From contig CALHRZ010000010.1 of the NCBI GenBank assembly GCA_938038445.1, forward strand, positions 16,757 to 80,756: DNA of 64,000 bases. The letters are read 5' to 3'. Positions within the stretch are counted from its first letter, which is position 1, and each line of letters begins with the position of its first letter. Origin of the DNA: an uncultured bacterium (GTDB lineage: Bacteria; Verrucomicrobiota; Kiritimatiellia; CAIKKV01). The notes under the pieces were generated by a model, which made no database searches, was not told the DNA's origin, and was given only the letters and a program-made list of their open reading frames with translations. Positions 8,115 to 16,564 of the stretch are shown here, piece after piece. Both the position numbers and the translations under genes were made by a program.

Positions 8115-9616
8115 GGCCACTGGCTCCGAGCGATGGGGCGGCCGGCAAACTCGGCGCGCAAGCAATCGTTTTGGGGGCACCATTCCACGCATTTGAGACA
8201 GTAGAGGCAGGCGGGTTGGGCGACATCTTCTGTTTTCATTTCGGAAGCGACGGTTGAGATATCCATGGGGCAGACTTCGCGACAAATTCCGCAGCGATTG
8301 CAGCGACGAGGTTGTTTGCGGAGGGAGAAGAGTCCCCCTCGGTTGAAGGGGGTAGCGAGCAATCCCATCGGGCAAAAACGGCAGAAAAAGCGGCGCGAGG
8401 CAGCGAAGGAAACGAGGAAAAAAAGCGTGAGAAGAGGGGCGACGATGAGGAAGAAGCCTCCGAGCCATTCCCGTCCTGGCAGGGGAGGGTATGCGGTGAG
8501 TCCGCGGGTTGCGACGGGGCATAGTTGTTGGGCTGGGCAGATTTTGCAGAAGGGGTAGAGAGGAATTTTACATCCGAGGAAGCGGCCATCGGCGTCCAAT
8601 CGTGGGATTGCGGCGGCGAGAAGGAGGCTGAAAGAACCGAAGGAGAGGCCGGCGCCCCAGGCGATCCTTTGACTTCGGGGTGAGGGTTTCCAATGGGGGA
8701 GTCGGAGAAGACGGCGGACGAGGTCGAATCCATCGCCCAAGGTTGCAAGGGGGCAAATCCATCCACACCACCAGCGGCCGGCAAGGAAGAGGGCGATGGT
8801 CACCGAGGCGATTGCTCCCAGAATGATGGCGAGGAGGCCGGTTTCATTCCGTGCGTTGCGGACGATCGTCCGAAAATCGAATTGGAAGAGACGTTGGAGA
8901 AGTTCCATGGGGCAGCCTTGGACGTAGCCGCCGTCTGCGCTGAATCGGCAAGGCGCGGACGGGATGTACGTGAGGCGATCGGGATCGTGAAGCGCGGGAA
9001 TCGTTTCAGAGAAGGCCACGACGTCGTTGCGTAATTGAGCCCGGCGGGCCATGGCGTGTTGCCAATCCGAAGGAGAACGGCGGAAAAGAAAGCCTCCGCC
9101 GAGGAGAAGAATTAGTGCGGTCAAACGGACAGAGGTGCGGAAGGCACGGAGGGGAACGAAGGGGTGGAGGAGAATGAGAATGGAGACGAGGCCGAGGAAC
9201 AGAGGGATAGGAGCGGAAGGCGCTCCCACGAAGCCTCCATCGGGAGGACGGCTCTGTTGCTGCGTTCCGACGTGGAGAATGAAACCGAGGAGAAGGAAGC
9301 AGGGCCAAACGAGAAAAATGCGGTATGCCGGGCGACCGTGCAGAAGAAGCGCAGGCAGGATGAGAAGAAAGAAGGCAGGGACGAGAGGATGCTGAAGGCG
9401 ATAAAGCCAGCGGGACCACCCGGGGTGAGTTTGGGCGAACCCATGGACCATAACGGACAAGAGGAAAACCCAGACAGGCACCATCCATCGAAGAAGGGGT
9501 GAGGAAGAACGGGAGGACGCCTTGAGCGCAAGGGAAGTTGCGAGGGCTACCAGGAGAGATTCCAGGGGGCGGAACCAAAATGCACCGCTTTGAAGAATGG
9601 CATTCAGCGGGTCCAT
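8111..9616 (-). CDS. Membrane polyferredoxin, NapH/MauN-like 4Fe-4S binding protein (second copy)
   Basis: The polytopic membrane protein carries a CGWICPLATLGD motif. Its C-terminus has ferredoxin motifs (CNRCGICREVCP ... CLYCLKCVEWCP). Confidence 0.6.
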   Translation of the reverse strand: MDPLNAILQSGAFWFRPLESLLVALATSLALKASSRSSSPLLRWMVPVWVFLLSVMVHGFAQTHPGWSRWLYRLQHPLVPAFFLLILPALLLHGRPAYRIFLVWPCFLLLGFILHVGTQQQSRPPDGGFVGAPSAPIPLFLGLVSILILLHPFVPLRAFRTSVRLTALILLLGGGFLFRRSPSDWQHAMARRAQLRNDVVAFSETIPALHDPDRLTYIPSAPCRFSADGGYVQGCPMELLQRLFQFDFRTIVRNARNETGLLAIILGAIASVTIALFLAGRWWCGWICPLATLGDGFDLVRRLLRLPHWKPSPRSQRIAWGAGLSFGSFSLLLAAAIPRLDADGRFLGCKIPLYPFCKICPAQQLCPVATRGLTAYPPLPGREWLGGFFLIVAPLLTLFFLVSFAASRRFFCRFCPMGLLATPFNRGGLFSLRKQPRRCNRCGICREVCPMDISTVASEMKTEDVAQPACLYCLKCVEWCPQNDCLRAEFAGRPIARSQWP

Positions 9617-10242
9617 ATCTTATTGATCGCAAGGAGTGCAAACACAACGGCCATGGGGAGGAGATACCACCAGAAATAATAATCGGCGCGGCTGTCCGCG
9701 ATGATGGAAATGGTGCCGAGCCGGGTTTCCTCGCCCGATGGTTCCGAACGGGTCAATGAGAAACGGCGGACTTTTTGAGCGGAAACCGGCGAGAAGGACA
9801 ATCGAGCAACGGTCGGATTGGAGCGTTGAAGAGCGTTCCCCCATTCAATGCGGAGGGGTCCCGCGTCGAGAGATTCCGGTGGCAATTCAAGGGCGAACGT
9901 CAGGCCGACGATTTCCCCGAATTCGCGGGTGAGGGTATTGGTTTCAATTACGAGGGGCAGAGGGCGGCCGAGTCCATCCGTTGCACCGATCCGATCGAGG
10001 GATCCGACAGATAGATGGGGAGGTTGGAAGCGGCCGTACACGATCCAACCCTGAGGGTTATGAGGAACGAACGAGGGGGTCTCCGACAGAGGGATTTCTT
10101 CGGGAGGTTCGGAGGGGGGCGGGTCAAGTTCCAAGAGGTGGATCGAGATTGACGTAGCCGATGTGTCGGCGGGACAAGATGGGCAGGAAAAGAAGAAAAG
10201 GAACGGGAGAGCGCACAGGAGGGCAAGACGGGGCATGGGCAT
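9604..10242 (-). CDS. Hypothetical secreted/membrane-anchored protein
   Basis: It has an N-terminal signal-like segment (MPMPRLALLCALPFLFFFSCPSCPA) and a C-terminal TM anchor (YYFWWYLLPMAVVFALLAINKIW). It overlaps the polyferredoxin start by 13 nt, so it is co-transcribed. Confidence 0.35.
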   Translation of the reverse strand: MPMPRLALLCALPFLFFFSCPSCPADTSATSISIHLLELDPPPSEPPEEIPLSETPSFVPHNPQGWIVYGRFQPPHLSVGSLDRIGATDGLGRPLPLVIETNTLTREFGEIVGLTFALELPPESLDAGPLRIEWGNALQRSNPTVARLSFSPVSAQKVRRFSLTRSEPSGEETRLGTISIIADSRADYYFWWYLLPMAVVFALLAINKIWTR

Positions 10243-10248
10243 ACGGCG

Positions 10249-11187
10249 TCAATCCGGAAGAAGCAGGCGGGCGAACACCAGCGGGTTTTGGTAGGAGGCT
10301 CCGTTTCCGAGCCAGTAGGAGAGGTGTGCGTCGCGTTGACGGGCCACATTGAGGAGGAAGGACTTTTGGATACCGAGGGGCTGAAGGGGAAGGGTCAGCT
10401 CGATGCCGTCGGGTCCTTTGACGGCCCGGGCTCCGGCGGGTGCGTTCTGAAGATCGGCGTTGGCCAGGTTAAGTAGGATCGAAGTCGGGGGAAGGTCCAT
10501 GTCGGAGCTAAGCAAGAGGGTCAGGACATCCGATTCCGCACTGGCGGTTTCGGGTGTGGGGATCATGGCGTAGAGCGTTTCGGCGTCTGCGGCGAGGCGG
10601 AGTCGGGTGCCGCAATTGGAGGGTTGCACCTCCACGTAGCGGCGGCTTTTGGAATCTTGGGAAAAGCTGGTGCAGAGCCAGGCATCGGCCCATTCGTCGC
10701 GGGTGATGGAGCCGTCAATTCGAAGCGAAGGGACTTTGCGGGGAAGCGTGGAGACGTTTATGGCGCGATCGAGTTCGACGGTTTTGAATTCCATGCGAGG
10801 TTGGCGGCCGTTGAAGAGGCGTAAAGCGATTTCGTAGCGGCCATCAGGCACTCCGGGTTTTCGTTTGAGGGTGACCGTGAAATACTCTTTTTTACCGCCG
10901 TGGCGGGTGGTTTGGAGTTGGGGGAAGGACCGCCATTCGGGAGAGGGAGTGACGGTGCTTTCGAAGTCGGGGCTAATCACTTCGAGCCGGATATCGGCGA
11001 TCGCCCGGTCCATGGTATTGAGGAGATGAACTCGGAAGGAAGCTTCCTGATGGATCCGGAGTTGTCCGTCGCGGATATCGACCTTGACGGCCAGATTGTC
11101 GCGGGCTTGTTCGAAAACATCGTTGCAGAGGTGGGACTGAACGTTCGCGAGGGGGAGGAAGAGTACGAGAAGGACGATTCGCTTCAT
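10249..11187 (-). CDS. Hypothetical secreted protein, possible CBM9/DOMON-like C-terminal domain
   Basis: The start was trimmed to ATG 11187 (MKRIVLLVLFLPLANV, signal peptide) with an AAGGA RBS. The motif IDGSITRDEWADAW resembles the CBM9/DOMON-like fold. There is a 7-nt gap to the next gene. Confidence 0.35.
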   Translation of the reverse strand: MKRIVLLVLFLPLANVQSHLCNDVFEQARDNLAVKVDIRDGQLRIHQEASFRVHLLNTMDRAIADIRLEVISPDFESTVTPSPEWRSFPQLQTTRHGGKKEYFTVTLKRKPGVPDGRYEIALRLFNGRQPRMEFKTVELDRAINVSTLPRKVPSLRIDGSITRDEWADAWLCTSFSQDSKSRRYVEVQPSNCGTRLRLAADAETLYAMIPTPETASAESDVLTLLLSSDMDLPPTSILLNLANADLQNAPAGARAVKGPDGIELTLPLQPLGIQKSFLLNVARQRDAHLSYWLGNGASYQNPLVFARLLLPD

Positions 11188-11259
11188 CGAGAGGATTCCT
11201 TGCACAGAGGGGCTTTTATTTATCAGTCTACCGAAAGAGGCGGCGGAAGTCAGGAACAA

Positions 11260-12621
11260 TTATTCATAAAACACATCCCCTTGCTCATTGAGGCGGACGT
11301 GGTAACGTCGCAGAAGATCGGGACCGGGTTCGAAGGGATCGCGGAGTCGGACGAGACGGGTATGAAGCAGGTGGTGCAATTCGGCGATTTGCTCTGGCGG
11401 GGCAGTGGGGAGGAGGTTATGGAGTTGAAAGGGGTCGTGTTGCACATCGTAGAGGAACCACGGGCCATCCGGACGTTCGGCATAGGCGTAGCGGGCGGTT
11501 CGCAAGCCACGGAATTCGAGCACGCGGGGGGGGCTCCGGCGGAGCTCGTGGAAGGGGCAGTAACAGGAGAGGAGGGCGGGTGTATTCGGTTCGTCGGGGG
11601 TGGTGCCAGTAAGGAGGGGGGCGAGGTTACGGCCTTCGGTTTGGGGCGGGATAGGGAGGGCCAAGAGACCGAGAAGGGTCGGCATGATATCCGGGGCGTC
11701 AATTGGGAACTGAACGGTACGGGGTTTGGCACCGAGTTTTTCCGTCCAGCGCAGGAGGAAGGGAACGCGGATGGACTCTTCGAAAGGCCACTGTTTTCTT
11801 AAGAGCCCCTGGGCGCCGAGCATATCGCCGTGATCGGAGGTAAAGACGACGAGGGTGTGATCAGCGATCCCTTGTTCCTCCAGGGTATCGAGAAGGCGGC
11901 CGAAGCATGCATCGAGCGCCGCGCCGTGGGCGTAGTAGCCCGCGAGGTCGTTGCGGGCTATTTCGGCCGTTTCCAGAGGCACGTTGGGGGAGAGTTGGAT
12001 TTTTTCGGGAGAAAAAAGCGATTGATATTGTTCGGGGGCGGTGTGGTAGGGGTTATGAGGGGGACCCCAGGAAAGAAAGAGGGCAAAAGGGCGGGGAGCA
12101 TGCGCGCGGGAGGCGATTTCGGCGCAGGCCAGGTCGGTTTGAGCCTTGGCGTCATATCCTTTCCAGAGAAGGGGTTCAGGGGCATCGGCATAGTACAGGG
12201 AATGGTTGTAGTCGTGGGTGCATTCGAAGCCGCGCCAGATCCGGAAGCCGAGGCGATCTTCGGGAGGGACGTAACGGGTTCTTCCGCCGCCGTGGAGATG
12301 CCATTTGCCGATCCAAAGCGTATCGTAATCCGCGGCGTTGAGATGGTCGGCCAGCGAGCCGCCGGGCACATGTCGGAGAGGCTGATCGTTGACGATGATC
12401 CCGTGGGCAAGGGGGTATCGGCCGGTGAGGAGAGAGGCGCGGTATGGGCTGCAGACCGGACAACCGCTCACCGCGTTGGGAAAAGCGATTGCTTGTGCGG
12501 CGAAGGCATCGGTGCGGGGCGTTTTCGCATTTGGATCTCCGGCGTATCCGAAGGCTTGGGCGCGCCATTGGTCGGAGAAGACGAAGAGGATATGCGGGCG
12601 ACGAAATGCAACATGTGGCAT
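11260..12621 (-). CDS. Sulfatase (arylsulfatase family)
   Basis: HILFVFSDQW ... CPVCSPYRASLLTGRYP carries the formylglycine C-x-P-x-R motif. The start was taken at ATG 12621. No obvious signal peptide is present. Confidence 0.7.
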   Translation of the reverse strand: MPHVAFRRPHILFVFSDQWRAQAFGYAGDPNAKTPRTDAFAAQAIAFPNAVSGCPVCSPYRASLLTGRYPLAHGIIVNDQPLRHVPGGSLADHLNAADYDTLWIGKWHLHGGGRTRYVPPEDRLGFRIWRGFECTHDYNHSLYYADAPEPLLWKGYDAKAQTDLACAEIASRAHAPRPFALFLSWGPPHNPYHTAPEQYQSLFSPEKIQLSPNVPLETAEIARNDLAGYYAHGAALDACFGRLLDTLEEQGIADHTLVVFTSDHGDMLGAQGLLRKQWPFEESIRVPFLLRWTEKLGAKPRTVQFPIDAPDIMPTLLGLLALPIPPQTEGRNLAPLLTGTTPDEPNTPALLSCYCPFHELRRSPPRVLEFRGLRTARYAYAERPDGPWFLYDVQHDPFQLHNLLPTAPPEQIAELHHLLHTRLVRLRDPFEPGPDLLRRYHVRLNEQGDVFYE

Positions 12622-12849
12622 GAACGTATTCTGCCAAAAAGGGGGCAGAGAACGGAAGAAAAACGTCGGAGTAAGACTTGCGCTGGCGTCTAACACCTCC
12701 GAGGGGATTTCTTTGAAGGGCGGGAGCAGATCAGTTGGAGTGTTGAGGGCTGGAGGGGTTGAGGGGGCGGCGTGAGGGAAGAGCGGATGCCAGCGGCGAT
12801 TGCGATGGAAGGTGGCCAAAGCGAGGAAGTCCTCATCGGCTTCGAGGCT

Positions 12850-13700
12850 TCAGAACTGGCCGGTGCGTTTGAAGCGCAGTTGGAATTGGCCGCAAGTTGA
12901 TTTCACGGCGCCGGGGCCATTGGGCTGGCCGAGACGCTTGCCTCTTTTGTTGTCCATGCGCTTCTTGTTGTCGGCGAGGTGGTTGGTTTCGTCCTGCGGG
13001 GTTTTCTTCTGCTTGGCGGTCGGGCGCGCGAGGCTGTCGCGCATCAGTTCGATGGGCTCGATGACGTCGATCGCGCCGTTCTGTTGGCGCTCCAGCCAGC
13101 GTAGCAGGGGCCGGAGCCATCGTCTGGCTTGCGCGGCATCATCGCCATAGATCGCAAGGGCGATGGTCCAGAGGTGTTGCTGGGTGGGCCAGTCGTCCAG
13201 GCGGTGCATGGCGCCCTTGAAGCGGTTCTGCGCCAGTTTCCACATCCAGATGGCCCCATCGGCCAGGAGCAGAACCGTCTGCGCCTGCAGCAGGCCGCGG
13301 AGGATCGCCTCGGTATTAAAGCTGCGCCTCGCCCAATGCCAGAGGGAGAACGCTTCCCCTTTCTGCCGTAGTAGTCGTCGAGTCGGTCCCCTGGCGGCGC
13401 GCTTCCCGATGGATCGTCGCTTGGCCCAACTGTGCTTCCCGTTGACCCGCCGCGCATTTTGCCCAGGTCGATCAGGTGCGTCTTGCCGCCCTTGTTCAAG
13501 GAGAAGTACGGCTGCTTGTTGCGCCCGCCAATCACCACCACGCTGCCGCGCATGACTACGTCAAGTCCGCTCATCTTCCGCTGGAGTTCGCGGAGCCGGG
13601 ACTTGAGGACCTGCAGGTTCTGCGGCTCCATGCGTTTTGGACTCCTCGGCATGGCTCCGCCTTTTTTCATGCGAGACGAGGCTCCTGGCATATACTCATG
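12850..13700 (-). pseudogene. Degenerate transposase-like gene (frameshifted mobile-element remnant)
   Basis: Protein-like segments are split over at least two minus-strand frames. The first has an N-terminal DUF6788-like segment (MSGLDVVMRGSVVVIGGRNKQPYFSLNKGGKTHLIDL). The other has a transposase-like core (EAFSLWHWARRSFNTEAILRGLLQAQTVLLLADGAIWMWKLAQNRF...). No intact ORF is present. An adjacent low-GC patch lies at ~13700-13860. Confidence 0.35.
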
Positions 13701-13932
13701 CAACAAAACGAGCCTCGGACGTGATATGCGCCCCGGAGGATGAAACCACCATAAAATTAGACAGAACCTCGATGGTGGTGGTAGGGTAGTAACGGGATAG
13801 TGTTTATCCTGATGGAACATGGATCAGGCCAGACAGTGAATCGGCAGCTGTGAAGACAATGTGTCGTGTATGTCTGACCCCGATGTTCCGTGCGGTGTTG
13901 GAGGTTTTTGGAACTCAATAGGGAGCACTTGC

Positions 13933-15033
13933 ATGACGGGTGAACTTCTCGGCATAGGGATGAACGCGTTGACGCGGTTGACCAACGAAAAGACTCGGTC
14001 CGTTACAGCAGAAAATGTGTATGGCGAAAAGGGAAGAGGGGGGATGGCGGAAGTATCTCAAACGCCACAAGAAGAGGTCGTCAAGATTGGGCAGCATTGG
14101 GACGGTCCCAATGCATGCGCGCGAGATCTCGGGCGGAAATGGAAGGTTCGGCCTTGTATCACTCTGCCGGCGGGAAAAGTCACTCCCTTGATGGATGTTG
14201 CGGGACCTGGCCGAATTCAGCACATTTGGATCACAGTGGATGCCAAATTCTATCGCGACCTTATTTTGCGAATCTATTGGGACGGGGAAGCCGATCCGAG
14301 CGTCGAGACGCCCTTGGGGGATTTTTTCTGCAACGGATGGAAGACGCGGGTGAACATTATGGCCATTCCGATCAACGCGAATCCTTCGGGCGGGTTCAAT
14401 TGCTATTTTCCCATGCCGTTTCGAACGCATGCGCGGATAACGATAGAGAACAGAAGTCCTAGCTCTGTTGGGGGATTCTTCTACGCGGTGAATTATGCCC
14501 AAGGTTCGGTGGGGCACGAGGAGGTCTACTTCCACGCCCAATTTCGAAGGACCAATCCATTACCCTACAAACAGGACTACGTGATTCTGGACGGCGTGAG
14601 AGGCCAGGGCCATTATGTCGGCACCTATCTGGCGTGGCAGCAAAATAACAGCGGCTGGTGGGGGGAAGGGGAGTTTAAGGTGTTTTTGGATGGCGATGAG
14701 GAGTTTCCCACGATATGTGGAACGGGGACGGAAGATTATTTCGGGGGCGCCTGGTGCTTTGGGCAAAATTACACGGCGCCGTTTCTTGGGTATCCTTTGG
14801 GATCCTGCGACGGTCGGCCCGGTAATCGGCACGGGATGTACCGGTTCCATATCTTGGATCCGATCCGTTTTGAGCAGGACATCCGGGTGACCATGCAGGC
14901 CATCGGATGGCGGAGCGAAGGGAGGTATCTTCCTTTGCAGGACGATATCGCGTCGGTCGCTTATTGGTACCAAACCGAGCCCCACGTTCCCTTTCCGCCT
15001 TTGGGCGATCGTGACGCCCTGGAAGTCATTTAG
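13933..15033 (+). CDS. DUF2961 domain protein (glycoside hydrolase family 172-like)
   Basis: The ATG at 13933 is preceded by a GGGAG RBS. Motifs such as ICGTGTEDYFGGAW and GWWGEGE are typical of DUF2961/GH172. Confidence 0.55.
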   Translation: MTGELLGIGMNALTRLTNEKTRSVTAENVYGEKGRGGMAEVSQTPQEEVVKIGQHWDGPNACARDLGRKWKVRPCITLPAGKVTPLMDVAGPGRIQHIWITVDAKFYRDLILRIYWDGEADPSVETPLGDFFCNGWKTRVNIMAIPINANPSGGFNCYFPMPFRTHARITIENRSPSSVGGFFYAVNYAQGSVGHEEVYFHAQFRRTNPLPYKQDYVILDGVRGQGHYVGTYLAWQQNNSGWWGEGEFKVFLDGDEEFPTICGTGTEDYFGGAWCFGQNYTAPFLGYPLGSCDGRPGNRHGMYRFHILDPIRFEQDIRVTMQAIGWRSEGRYLPLQDDIASVAYWYQTEPHVPFPPLGDRDALEVI

Positions 15034-15219
15034 GGCTTCCGGTCCGTTGGCCCCTTCCTCCGACGCAGCGTGAGAGGGGTGACGGAATTCTTTTTGTTTC
15101 CGTCAATGGGATATGGGGGAGATTCCAGCGGGGAAGGAGCATGGCGCTCCCGTAAAAGGTTTCCGGCGCGGCGGCTTTTCAAAGGGCCAGGCCGGGCGCC
15201 CTGCGGACGCTGGACAGAC

Positions 15220-15248
15220 TTGACGGAATAATCCAGCATACTTATACT
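15220..15248 (+). promoter_or_regulatory. Candidate sigma70-type promoter of the nikR-nik operon (TTGACG-N17-TATACT)
   Basis: TTGACG lies at 15220-15225 and TATACT at 15243-15248 with a 17-nt spacer. The predicted TSS is ~4 nt before the nikR ATG, implying a near-leaderless transcript. An AT-rich ATACTTATACTTA repeat overlaps the -10 box. Confidence 0.35.
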
Positions 15249-15258
15249 TACGAGCGAT

Positions 15259-15768
15259 ATGAATAATAAAGAAAAAAGTAATACGAGTTCTTCCGGGCTT
15301 TGCCGCTTTACCATCTGTATGCCCGAAGAACTGGCCAGACTTTTTGACGCTCTACGGCAGCGGAAGGGATTCGAAAACCGTTCTCAAGCGTTTGCCGAAC
15401 TCGTCCGCCAATGGGTGGTAGACGAGCGGGCACGGACGGGAAAAGGAACGATCGCCGGTTCGATTACGTTGGTCTACGATCATCACAAACCCGGGCTCCA
15501 GTCCCGCTTGACGGCGCTCCAGCACCGCTATGCGGGTGTCATCCTGAGCGTTTTGCACGCCCATCTGGATTCCTGTAACTGCCTGGAAATTATTGCCTTG
15601 CGCGGTGCCGCTCAACCGATTTATCGCCTGGCCGATGCCGTGGGGGCTGTCAAGGGGATCAAACACGCCCGTCTTTCGGTCACCACCGCCGGGCGGGAGT
15701 TTCGACACGGTTTTGGGCATGTATCGCGCCACTCTAATTTGCATGAACAGGACCCCCCCAAACATTGA
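15259..15768 (+). CDS. nikR: Nickel-responsive transcriptional regulator NikR (ribbon-helix-helix + ACT-like metal-binding domain)
   Basis: The RHH region (RFTICMPEELARLFDALRQRKGFENRSQAFAELV) and the high-affinity Ni-site motif (LHAHLDSCNCLEI, compare HxHLDHxNCLE) are present. It sits directly upstream of a CbiMQO-type transporter. Confidence 0.8.
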   Translation: MNNKEKSNTSSSGLCRFTICMPEELARLFDALRQRKGFENRSQAFAELVRQWVVDERARTGKGTIAGSITLVYDHHKPGLQSRLTALQHRYAGVILSVLHAHLDSCNCLEIIALRGAAQPIYRLADAVGAVKGIKHARLSVTTAGREFRHGFGHVSRHSNLHEQDPPKH

Positions 15769-15780
15769 AGGGAGAAATGC

Positions 15781-16560
15781 ATGAACCGTCACATCCTGGT
15801 TGTTGCCGTGGGGCTATTGCTTCCGCTGGCTCTTCGCGCCCATCACGCATTGGAGTATATCGAAATGGAAAGTTATTTCACCCCTCGCCGCGGGGGGGCG
15901 CTCTTTCATGTTCATTACGACTACTATGTCGAGGATGCCGACAATCCCGATGCCGACCACTGGGAATTTACGCCGGGGTTTTCCTACGGTCTCACCGATT
16001 GTCTCATGTTCGATGTGCACACCCATTTTGCGAAGTTTGGCCGGGAACATGTCGTGGAGGCACGGCGCGAGGAATACGGCGAGAGCGGTCCTTCGCCGTT
16101 TTTGGAAGCCGTGGCCTTTTCCCTTCAGTATCGTTTGCCGGATCAATGGCCGATCCAGGCGGGGCTCGCTGGGAAGCTTGAGGTCCCGTTTCGCAGGGCC
16201 CGCCGTCTCCTTGGAAGCGAAGATCATGTGTTCGGCGGCACGTTGATCTTGAATCGAGAATTCGGATCGCACGGCGCGGTCACCCTCAACGTGAACTATG
16301 AGAATGAGGGGGGCGAAGAAGATTGGAGCTGGGCGTTGGGGGTGAGATCGCCGCTTTCCATGGATCCCCATGGGATTGCCGGAGGCGTCGAAATCTCAGG
16401 CGACTTTGAAGGCAATTCATGGGCCGTACTGCCTGGCGTCTATCTTCCGATCCGGGAGGGAACGGTGTTCAAAACGGGGCTTCAGTTGGGACGCCAGAGG
16501 GCGGAAGAGGAATGGGTTGGTACGCTTCGGCTACACACCTCGTTGATGTACAGCTTTTAA
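15781..16560 (+). CDS. Putative outer-membrane beta-barrel/channel protein of the nickel uptake operon
   Basis: It has a signal peptide (MNRHILVVAVGLLLPLALRA), a His-rich mature N-terminus (HHALEYIEMESYF...HVHYDYYVED) and a C-terminal aromatic residue (...LMYSF), as in MetA-pathway-like OM channels. Confidence 0.4.
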   Translation: MNRHILVVAVGLLLPLALRAHHALEYIEMESYFTPRRGGALFHVHYDYYVEDADNPDADHWEFTPGFSYGLTDCLMFDVHTHFAKFGREHVVEARREEYGESGPSPFLEAVAFSLQYRLPDQWPIQAGLAGKLEVPFRRARRLLGSEDHVFGGTLILNREFGSHGAVTLNVNYENEGGEEDWSWALGVRSPLSMDPHGIAGGVEISGDFEGNSWAVLPGVYLPIREGTVFKTGLQLGRQRAEEEWVGTLRLHTSLMYSF

Positions 16561-16564
16561 GGGG

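Noticed and set aside
13044-13820. 258-aa ORF as an intact gene
   Set aside because: Only its first ~90 residues look protein-like; the remainder is GC-rich low-complexity translation, and a transposase-like continuation is in another frame. It is better interpreted as a frameshifted pseudogene.
15200-15262. Canonical E. coli-type NikR operator GTATGA-N16-TCATAC
   Set aside because: Only an everted arrangement (CATAC-N16-TATGA) is present, not the inverted-repeat consensus, so the E. coli box as such is not claimed.
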